Shown here: one piece after another, positions 23,401 through 35,400 of the stretch
Layout: each line of letters opens with the position of its first letter
Numbering within the stretch: the stretch's first letter is position 1
NCBI GenBank assembly: GCA_044892505.1
Contig: CM097882.1
Location: forward strand, 433,256,001 to 433,320,000
Length of the DNA: 64,000 nt
Source of the DNA: Schmidtea nova
Lineage: Eukaryota
Reading direction: 5' to 3'
Translations under genes and position numbers: made by a program
The notes under the pieces: model-generated
Database searches by the model: none
Told to the model about the DNA's origin: nothing
The model's input: only the letters and a program-made list of their open reading frames with translations

Positions 23401-26400
23401 AAAATTGCTTACACTTGAAAAAATGTTTTCAAATATAACAGAAATAAAAATAAAAAATAAAATGTACTATTGTAAATAAAATAAAATGTAAGTAAAGTAT
23501 AATGTGTCTTAGAATCACAATTTGGCGTTTTATGTCGGACTTATATAATATGAAGGTTTTAGTGTCGACAAAAATATTTTTTTTTTATTTTTAGTTATTT
23601 TGCGAAGAAAGTATAAATGATAGAATACATTATTATCATTTGAAAAAATTATTGTATTTGCATATAATATCTACAAATTAAACCGAAATGTGATTCAAAG
23701 TCACAAACCTAGTGTTAATGGAGTTAAATCGGACAGTATTTTTAGAACAGAATATTTTTAAGAGACTGATTTGTGCATCTGATCTATTGAAATAGTTTGT
23801 TCACAAAAGAAATTTTATATTAAATATAAATTGTATATTTATAAAACATCTTTATATTTGTTTAATAATGTTGATATTTCAATCTACTGGATAATCCTTG
23901 GGACATATTCCGTCACAATTCTGGGCGTTTTAAAGTCCAGTTAAATGTTTTCATTTTGAAATTATAATTTTTTAAGTTGAAGATCACTGATATAATGCTC
24001 GATATGCAAATACTGTTCGATGAAACTCGAATTCTGATTGGACAGTTTAATATGCAGATGTGTATTTTAGATTGAACAAATCGATTACCTAATCTGCACA
24101 GAACATATCCTTGACAATAGTGATGGATTCGTTTTGTTTCGTTACTGCCGATTCTAACTGTGCAGAATTCGATAAAGACTTTCATATAATTTTTTTTATT
24201 TTCATATTGAATGAATGAAACCAGTAGATCGTGCCTTATTTGTGCTTAGCTATAGCTTTCTGCTAAAACTACTGAATCATTAGATTATTACGTAACCGTG
24301 TATGTAGTGACTGGGTGATTACATTAAACATTTGAACATATATTAATTATTACTCTAAAATAGGATTCAACAAAGGTTTGGATACCAAGGGCTAATTAAG
24401 TAATACAACGAGAGTTGTCAAATTATAAAGCACCATTCAGAAGAAATTCTACCATTTATTCAATAATAATAATAAGAATTTTGTAAATTTTTAAAATCCA
24501 TTCAGGCGCGAGAAGTACTTCAGGTGCCAGTGCCTTAAAGGATAACAAAAGGTAAGTTGTGAAAAATGTCTTAACGTCAATTCATCACTGCTAATGACTT
24601 GTATCAACTTATTAGATTTCCTAAGACAACCGTGGACCTAGTTTTGAGCTTGATTTTTGACTTGCCCGGTCATTCATTATCATACACCTTTGTCTTCAAA
24701 CGTACAAAATAACTTTTAATTGGATGTATTTATGGCATTCTGGGAGTTTTTTTGTATGACATCTAATTTTGTCTCTAACACGCAGTTTTGTCTGAACTTT
24801 TCATAAGGGCAAGCAGTGATGTCCAACCAAAACGCAAAAGTTCCCTGGTTGACATTTTTCCTTCAAAAAGAGTAGTAAAGGTTTTTTTGAAGCCTTCTTT
24901 TACATAAATCTCACCATATACAACTTTGACTTTGGTTTTTCATATGAAAATGGTTGACATTCCTCAACAGGAAATGACAGTCCAGAAAACAACCTTAGAA
25001 TAGAACTTTTCGCAGAATTTAAAGTGAGTTTCATCTAGCACATCTTCTACTTAATCTCTATTAACCCAGTAGCTAGAATTTTGTGTTCGGATTAAAGTAA
25101 ACTAAGATTCATAATAAAGAACGAAATTTGTTTTACTCTTTTCACGGAAAAATTTCAATTATAATTTCAAACGCCCTTTTCAATCATTTTTCACCTCTTT
25201 TCTTTTTATTTGATCACAAAATTATTACGAAGAGTGTCATTCACATTAAATTTTGATAGATGGAATATTTGACCAAGTTTTCTGAATCTTTGACCCATCT
25301 TTCCAGTCACTGTCTTCAAAAGTCACTTCTTAATGTCTAGTTGCTTTTTAAATTTTAAACATTTCCATTCTTCTCATGTGGTTCATGAATAGCGTAAATA
25401 CTTGATCTTGAATAAGGGACACCTGTAAACGTTGCCGTTGTTTCAGATTTCGTATGATTTCCGTAGAACTTCATTATGTTTCGATAACTTTTTTTTATAT
25501 TTAAAATAATGACGTTGCTAATATTGATAAAGATAACTAAAATAACGAATAAATTAAGTTGAGCTCTTTAATGATTAAATAATCTAATATATAAAGTGCA
25601 ATGTGCGTGTGTTCTCTATAGAACTCAAAACCCCTAAACTGATCTCGATGAAATTTGGCATGGGATAGTCCTCGAGGGGGATAAGGTTCTTAGCTGGGTT
25701 TTGACTCCGAACCCGACCCTTGGGGACAGGGGGTCCAGGGTGACTCTGCAGCATCAACCGTGTGATTTAGTAAAAACTTTATAAAACATAAGTTATAAAT
25801 CACCCCTGTTTTAGGGGGATAACGTTTCGAGACCCGGATTCTGAAGGAACTGACCCATGCAAAGTTTATAAAACAAAAGCTGAAGTGCACATTCCAAATA
25901 GTGATAGATATCAACTTACAAGAAAACAATAATAATCAAATGTGAAGAAATTACCCATTATTTAACTTTTTGTAACATGTTTGTGATGTAATTATAATGG
26001 GATATTTGATTTCCCTAACCCCTATTATATATTGTGTAATGCCTGCATGTGTGAATGATTATGCTTGATTGACTGAGTCCTCAGATGATATCATTGTTTA
26101 TTATATCCCAAGAAGCTATTGCTGATTGTGCTGGTGTCGGCACACCGGGTACTATAAATAGTACCACGATTTCTTAAATAAAGTTTCAGAAATTCAAAAG
26201 TTATTCTTATTTTTTACAATGTTCAAGTTTTTTTCAGTGCGCGAGATGATTTCATTGAAAAGTTTGAGTAAATGTTTTTAGAAATTCTTTATTTGTGGTT
26301 TTTAAGTGTAAAATAAACAAAACTTATTACTTTCTTAATGTCTTTCAGTTATTTCATAGCTTTAACCAACAGGGTCACATTTTGTGGGATTATTGTGTAA

Positions 26401-29400
26401 CACTAAAAATATTGCTGTATCTTACTGTACATAACCCAAAATTGGTATAACAAAGTTCCAGATGGACTTGAAGCCTTGTTTGAGTGATATTGGCCCTAGC
26501 AACGCGTATAATCCAAGCTAGTTATATATACAAATGATAGATATCATATATAAATATGATAATAAAAATTATAGTCTCGTAAATTCATGTCTAGTGTTGT
26601 ACTGACATTTATTAGTATACAAAATAGCAGCAAGGTATAATTGCGCCTGCTTCCCAATATATATCTGGTGCTTTGACTCAAAGATCGAATTAACAAATGC
26701 CCACCAAATTAGTCATTTTCAAAAGAACATGTTTTTTTATTTTACCAGAAACTTTATTCAGCCTCCATCATTCTATCTCAAACTTTGCTTATAAACTGAA
26801 AGGTTTGCTATCAGAGAAATCCTGAACCTCTTCCTTCAATTGTTTTTTGTTAATAAAATATCGAACATACAAAATGTTTTCAAAAATAAATAAAAATAAC
26901 TTAGAGCCAAGCCTACTGAATGCAGTGAATGACGGTAAGATGAAAGACACGTCTTTTGATTCTGAAGATTTATTGTGAAAACTTGTTGTGCAAATACAAT
27001 TGCAATATTATTGGGTCTTAAAAATTGATTATTGAACACGAGGAGTGAGATAAGTTATCTTTCCTACCGAAAACCAAATAGTATTCCATTAAAAAATATT
27101 GTTGCGCACCTGTCAAATTCATAGCCAATCAGAGATCGGAATCATTGGCCATCAATGAGCATAAATAAATTCAATTCATTACAAGTTTCGCTCTTTTATT
27201 TATTTAACTTTTTTGAAAAATTTAAACAAAAACGCTAAACGAAATAATTACAAAATAAAATACAACTCCATTAATTGATTATGACGCATGTAAAATAATT
27301 TCACCACGGCGTATTTGCTGATAAATTCACTATTTATTGATTATTTCATTATTACGGCGTCGGAATGATAATTGTTTGAATGAACTGCAGTGTGCAGTTT
27401 TCATTGAAATTCGGTAACTACATATTAATGTTTCGTACATGATTGACATAGTAAGCTAGATGTTAAAAATAATATTTTTTAATTTTTATATAAATGCACT
27501 ACTTATAGATATCAGTAAAGTATTTTGATATTTCTAGTTTTGATGTACATTTCATTGTTTTACTAATTTATTTGTTTACGCTAGTGGTTTTCTTAACCTT
27601 TTGTAATCCGCAAAATAATCCACAAGGTTTGCAACAACTCTAAATTATATTAAGTGAATTTGTTGAACAAAAAATATTAATGGTGAAAATGTAAAAAATA
27701 AGATCTTCAGATTAAATTTAAAAAAAAAACAGCACAATAAAAATGGGACTTAATAGTAAAACAGGTTGCTGATAAAAAAACAAATGTCTTATTCGTATGG
27801 ACTAATACAAGACTGACTGGTTGTTGTCGGGTCTCGGGGAAATATATGCTTGGCCCCCGAAAAAAAAACAAATAATTCATGAACATAATTTTATTATTTA
27901 ATCTAATATTTATTTCTTTAATATCATAAAACATACTTTTTTGTATTTTTGTATTTAATTAATTTCATAAGAAACAATATTTTAGTTTTCCTAGTTATTA
28001 CCGTTACATTTTATAACTAATTGTTCAATCACACCATTGGAAATTTATTTAATTTGCTACTTCCTGTTCTCTTAACAGCATAACAACTCCCTCTACTCTG
28101 TTCCGCGGAAGCTACTGACACTGGTGGCACTGGCATAAATCTTAATGCTATATATACAATTGATACACCTCCTCTATGTTATCTTTGAAAATTTGTTTTA
28201 GGCAATCTTATGGACTTTTGCTCTCTTGAATGGTTGGCAATAATGATTGGCTATAATGATTGGCTATAATGATTGGCTATAATGATTGGCTATAATGATT
28301 GGCAATAATGATTGGCAATAATGATTGGCAACAATGATTGGCAATAATGATTGGCTATAATGATTGGCTATAATGATTGGCAATAATGATTGGCTATAAT
28401 GATTGGCAATAATGATTGGCAACAATGATTGGCAATAATGATTGGCAATAATGATTGGCAATAATGATTGGCAACAATGATTGGCAATAATGATTGGCAA
28501 TAATGATTGGCAACAATGATTGGCAATAATGATTGGCAATAATGATTGGCAACAATGATTGGCAATAATGATTGGCAATAATGATTGGCAACAATGATTG
28601 GCAATAATGATTGGCAACAATGATTGGCAATAATGATTGGCAACAATGATTGGCAATAATGATTGGCAATAATGATTGGCAATAATGATTGGCCTTTATA
28701 TAGCCTTTATACACACTTGATAAAGGCTGTGCCAAAATATCGTGTACTTATTTGAAGAAATTTTGATCTATAGTCATTCATTATGGGAATTATTGATATT
28801 AATAATAAAAAAAGATCAAATGTGAAAAAAGATAATTATGATATTATAACTAATATTGATATATTTCTTTTTATTATTTTTATTACAGACTTATTAATAT
28901 TTATAGACAAAAATATCAATATTTATAGACAAAAATATTAATATTTATAGACAAAAATATTAATAATTATAGACAAAAATATTAATAATTATAGACAAAA
29001 GTATTAATATCTATAGATAAAAATATTAATATCTTACTTCGTATGAATAATTGGATTTTTTTAATTTTAGTTTCAATAAAAAAAACCATCACATGACATT
29101 TTTTCACACAAACATTGAAAACTCTAAAACAAGCCAGGATAGTCCAAAAAGAAGAACAACAGTAACGGTAGAAACACTGAGAAACATGCGTAACATGCTT
29201 CTACGTGGTAAAACAGCCAAGACCATCACGAAAGATCTAAATCTTTCTTCAAAAACTGTCTACAGGTGGATTGAAAGACTCTCTTCACATATCGGTAGGG
29301 AAGCGGATCTAAGTGTACTCATAAAACCCCCGGGTCGCCAAAGAGCAGAATTAACAACTCAACAAGTGTCACTGGCTGAAATTGTTTCAAATGATCTCAG

Positions 29401-32400
29401 TTTGACCCCACGTGGTATGTCACATTGCCTTGAAATACAGGGTATTCGTCTAAGTCAACCTACAATTTCAAATCATCTAAATAACTTGGAATTAACCAAA
29501 AAACGACTAGTAAAGATTGTAGAACGGAAAAATTCCAGTCAAGTTATCAATACACGTAAGAATTATGCGATTCGGTATAGGCTCAAAAATGATGAAGATT
29601 TGTTGTTTCTTGATAAAACCGGGTTGAATCTCCACTGTACAAGAAACTATGGCTACAGTCCAAAGAACACGCCAGCCAGAATAGTCGATCCGACAGCAAG
29701 GGGGAAAACACCTCAATTATAGCGCTAATTTCGAGAAATGCGATTTACACAAAAAAATAATACAAGGTGCTTATAATTCTTCACTAATTGTTGATTTTTT
29801 GCGGGAATGTATTACACTGGGTTGTATCAAATCCAATCATGTGGTATTGATGGACAATGTTAGGTTTCATAAGACCGAGCTTGTTTCGATTTTTTTCCGA
29901 GAAAATGGTGTGTCATTTGACTACATTCCACCTTACAGTCCAGAGCTCAATCCAATTGAAGAAATATTTAGCGTTATGAAAAATAGGTTTTACGAAAAGT
30001 GACCACGAGAAACCGATGCAAATAATTTGAAAGTATATGTTGAAGAAGTTATTAATGAGATGAATAATGACCTTGATTTTAGTAAATTTTATACGAATAT
30101 GCGATCCTATATGAATAGGGCATTTGGTGGAACTAGTTTTTAAAGAATTAATTAATTAAATGACTACTGTTTGTGGTATTGCTTTTATCTATTATTCGAA
30201 ACGGCCTATGAAACAGCTTATATTTAATATATTAAAGTTTTGAGTCATAGTTTTAAGTAATATTTTAGAATAATATTTTTTAGAATTAATATTTTTGTCT
30301 ATAATTATTAATATTTTTGTCTATAAATATTAATATTTTTGTTTATAATTATTAATATTTTTGTCTATAACTATTAATATTTTTGTCCANNNNNNNNNNN
30401 NNNNNNNNNNNNNNNNNNNNNNNNNNNNNNNNNNNNNNNNNNNNNNNNNNNNNNNNNNNNNNNNNNNNNNNNNNNNNNNNNNNNNNNNNNNNNNNNNNNN
30501 NNNNNNNNNNNNNNNNNNNNNNNNNNNNNNNNNNNNNNNNNNNNNNNNNNNNATATATTATAAATTAATCAATTCAATATTTTATTCAGTATGACATTAT
30601 TATTTTCTGTTTTCTAAAAGTGCACATTTACTAAATTGCTTCTTTAAAAAACATAAGTATAATATAATAACATTCATCACAATTTCAGAAATATGAAAGA
30701 AAACCTTGGCAAAGTGCTTTATCTTTAAAATCAAAAAACAGTTCAAATTATGTGCAAAATTTAAGACCATCAGGCACATCCGGATATGAGAGTGGGGAGG
30801 CTGGATTATCTTTTCGCTCCAACAGTGCAGTAANNNNNNNNNNNNNNNNNNNNNNNNNNNNNNNNNNNNNNNNNNNNNNNNNNNNNNNNNNNNNNNNNNN
30901 NNNNNNNNNNNNNNNNNNNNNNNNNNNNNNNNNNNNNNNNNNNNNNNNNNNNNNNNNNNNNNNNNNNNNNNNNNNNNNNNNNNNNNNNNNNNNNNNNNNN
31001 NNNNNNNNNNNNNNNNNNNNNNNNNNNNNNNNNNNNNNNNNNNNNNNNNNNNNNNNNNNNNNNNNNNNNNNNNNNNNNNNNNNNNNNTTTTATTATTATT
31101 ATCAATAATTCTCATAATGACTATAGATCAAAATTTTTTTTTATAAAGAATAACACAATATTTCGGCACAGCCTTTATCAAGTGTGTATACACACTTGAT
31201 ACAGGCTGTGCCGAAATATTGTGTTATTCTTTATAAAAAAAAATTTTGATCTATAGTNNNNNNNNNNNNNNNNNNNNNNNNNNNNNNNNNNNNNNNNNNN
31301 NNNNNNNNNNNNNNNNNNNNNNNNNNNNNNNNNNNNNNNNNNNNNNNNNNNNNNNNNNNNNNNNNNNNNNNNNNNNNNNNNNNNNNNNNNNNNNNNNNNN
31401 TGCCGCAGTGTACCGTTCAAACTTTCAATAGCACTTCAAGTCTTTTACAAAAATTACAAAATGAGGTTAAGATAATTTCTAAACATTTTATTCTTTATAA
31501 ATTTATAAATTTAGTTGACTTTAAGAACGACAGAATTGCATGACAAGGAAAATGAATACTTCAATCTGAAAGCAAGCTATGAAAATATAAGAGGTCAGTT
31601 TGACCTTGTCAATACGGACATGTCTGCCTTACGCATGCAAATATTATCAAAGGATAAGCAAGTAATATTTAAATAAATTTATCTAATTATACATGAGACA
31701 AGCAATTCTCATAAACAAGGAAATAAAAATGAAATAAGAAATGTTTTATATTAAAAGACAACTTTTATTCAGATCATAGTTTCTAAACCAAAGTGCCGTT
31801 TTCAAATGGAACGGGTGTTTTTTTAATGCACTTGAGCTTATTAATGCACTTTAATATAATCTAAGGATTATATTAAAGTGCATTAATAAACTCACGCGTA
31901 AAATAATAACTTTGTTGCGCTTTCAATAACTACAGCGAGTATATATTTATACATTTTTACTATGTAAATATTTTCTTAGTTTCACTATTTTAGACAACAC
32001 CAGTCGTAATTTTAAATTACTTTGTTTTAATAATCTGATATTACATCAATTTCAGAATTCAAATTTTTTAAATAAAAGTTAAATAAAGACTTTTATTCTC
32101 TTTTATTGTTAACTCAATTTTATAATTGTACATCTATCACAATTGTTCAATATATTCGGAAGTCTACAGTCTATACACAGTGACCGAGGCACGCAATTCG
32201 AGTTACAAGACTTGAATTCATTTTTAATAATTCATTTTTAATATCCCATTCATTTTTAACAAATATAAATATAGTGAAGACAAGGATTACTCCCTCAGGG
32301 CAATGGACAATGTGAAAAAATGAATGGGATAATTATGAAAACAATAAACTTAGCACTAAAAGAGAAATCTCTAGACAAATCAAGTTTGGAAAGTATTCTC

Positions 32401-35400
32401 GATATCTCGTTAAACTCGATCCGAACACTTCTATCTACCGCAACGAATAAAACTCCACACGAAATGAGTAGCAAATGTGTGGAGTCAAACACAAAGACAT
32501 GCGTGAGCGTAAAATTTTAAACAAAGATTATGAGTCATCGAACCCCCCGGGATCAATTTTTTTGCGTGGGCGAGGGGGGTCAATTTTTAAAAACTTTTTT
32601 AAAAACTTTTTTTGTATTTTTTTACCTTTTTAAAAATTAAAAAAATTTTTTTTATGGTGCATCAATGACTCCAATTTTTTTTTAAAAATTATTTTATTTT
32701 TTTACTCATCAAAAATTTTTTTAATTTTGATTTAAAAAAATTTTTTTTTATTTTTCTGACTCATCGATGACTCACCTATGACTGATCAAAAGTTTTTTTT
32801 AATTTTAAATAATTTTTAAATAATTTAATTTATGACTCATTATTCTTGATTGATGCCTTTCAAGATGCTACAACAGCTCCTCATGGATATATTTTCCTTG
32901 ATTTCACACAACAATGTAGTGATAATTTAAGAGTTAGAACTGATATTTTCAACAAGGAAGGAGTCGTGGTTTATAAACAAAGTTAAATCTATGTATTTGA
33001 CTAATCATGTTAATAAAATCTCGAGTAAAGTTTGCGCGATTTATAAAAGGCTAGAAAAACAATGAAAATAGGTAAGAAACTGAGTAAAACAAAGAAATTG
33101 ATAAATACAAAGAAATCAGTTTCAAAAACCAGTTATACACCGTCGGAAAAACTAATTATGAATAATATTCCAAAGAGTAATCAAATTCAAAGTATTTTGA
33201 AATCTAATCCTAAACAAATACATCATCGTAGTTTCCATTTTTAATGCATTGCTTAAAGCCCCCAGTGTTAGAAGAATGGGTATTCTGAAATCGTTTCCTA
33301 ATTACGTTATTTATGTTTTACTAACTATTTTAATTAAAGTCGTTAGAGGTAAAATGAATCTAAGTGCATCTAATCGACGGGTTTTGAACAAACATTAAAA
33401 ACCACTGTTATCACTTGTAAAAACAAAAAAAAATAGAAAACTTATGCGTAAAATAATATATAAACAACAAGAAGGATTTATTGCAGCATTGTTACCATTA
33501 GCTTTATCATTATTGGGAGGTGCTGGTTTATTAGGAAAAAGGTCAAAAACAATGGGTCAATTCTTACCTAATCTAAACTCTAAATATTAAATCTTCTTGT
33601 TGTAATGAAGAAGATATGAACGAACCAAAAGACAAAGCCGGTTTCGTGGAGTCGAAAAGCTAAGGAAAAAAGTACCGAATTCGAAAAAACAGACACAAAA
33701 CTGGTTATCGAGGCAACTTGCATACAGTCTAAACAAACCGATGCTGAAACGTTTTCCAACTCGAGCATATATAACATATAGAATTAATGATTTGTGGCAA
33801 ATGGATCTGATGGAAATGATTCCGTATTCGGCAATTAACAAGGGATACAAATATATTTTAACATGCATTAATGTTTATAGTCATTTTGCTCGAGCTGCCG
33901 CCGTAAATCTAGATCTACTAATGACATGGTAGTTGCAATCAAAGCTATGATGAAAAAGGATCGTCGAACTAATTTACAAACTGGGTTGGGTAAGNNNNNN
34001 NNNNNNNNNNNNNNNNNNNNNNNNNNNNNNNNNNNNNNNNNNNNNNNNNNNNNNNNNNNNNNNNNNNNNNNNNNNNNNNNNNNNNNNNNNNNNNNNNNNN
34101 NNNNNNNNNNNNNNNNNNNNNNNNNNNNNNNNNNNNNNNNNNNNNNNNNNNNNNAACAGTAAAGTGAAAGAAGTGATCAAGGGAATCAATCATTATTCGA
34201 TATTCTCTCAATTCAAAGCAGCTCTTGTCGAGAAATTTAATCGAACATTAAGTGATCGCTTGAAAAAATACTCTGTTCACGGTAATAAGACACGGATTAA
34301 TGTTTTACCACAAACTATTCACAGTTATAATCATTCTGCTCATCAGGGTATAAATGGAAAGAAATCTGCTGAAGTAGTTGATAATGGAAATATTTTGAGT
34401 GATATGAAAACAAAGAAACCAAAATATAAAATAGGTGATCATGTTCGAATTAGTAAAATTAGTGCATCGCCATTCATTAAAAATCTTGATAGTAATTGGA
34501 GCGATGAGGCATATATAATATCGAAAGTCAACCCAGTTCAGAATCCTGTCATGTATACTATTTCTGACTCTGATAACAATATAGTCAGTGGAAAATTCTT
34601 TGAGCAAGAATTAGAAGTTATACGTCTTCTACAATATTTAGAATTCAAAATATATTGAAAACTAAAATGACGGGTAAGGATAAATAATACTATGTCAAAT
34701 GGCATGGATATAAAGAACCATCATGGATATCATCAAAAAATGAATTTTTATACTATTTTACCAAGCAATAGTTGTCCCGATATACATCCAGATAATACTG
34801 CCAGTAAATTCATGATCAATCTACAAAATCCGATTTATTTAGACGGTATTTGGAAAGTCGCTCTCTTGGACTTTACATTTGTGTATAATCCATTTCGATT
34901 TTATAGTAAAGCCAATATTGAGTACAAAAAGAAAACGTTGCATTCAAAATATAAAAATATTGTAATTGACAATGAAGTTGATGAAGTTGATATATCTAAT
35001 CCTGTCAATGATATTGCTCAAATGTATAGCGATAAGATTCTTTTTATTTCAACTGTATTTACTATCCCTTTACTATAACATTTGATACTTTAAAAATGAC
35101 AAAAGATTGAAATTACCGAAACAGAGTTATCAAAGTCCTATGGATACATACAAGATGTGGTTACCTGGATATACCAAAGTTGGAGAAAAATTGGAAAATA
35201 TTAGAATAAAGATAGAGTACAAGGCTGATACTACATTTACATATACATTTAATGATAACTTATAAATATCGAAATTGTAGGAAATGCAATCATATTTGAT
35301 TCAAAATTGTGGAAATATTTTTAAATCGTTGGAATTGGCAGATGATACTTACTTCAAATTCAGTCTGAATACGGATATTAGTGAAGTTAAATTTAATAGA

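Noticed and set aside
28020-28140. Possible host exon
   Set aside because: Plus-strand frames contain stops, and the minus strand (PVSVASAEQS) looks like a decayed hAT dimerisation motif.
28229-28693. CRISPR-like array
   Set aside because: There are no unique spacers, the unit is only 13 bp, no cas genes are present, and the context is eukaryotic.
28264-28735. Three minus-strand ORFs of LLPIIIANHYCQS repeats
   Set aside because: They are translations of the 13-bp minisatellite; all three frames give the same peptide, as expected when the period is not a multiple of 3.
29695-29760. Programmed -1 frameshift in the IS630-like transposase
   Set aside because: Two separate shifts are needed to restore the frame and the G/A run is not a canonical in-frame slippery heptamer; decay is the simpler explanation.
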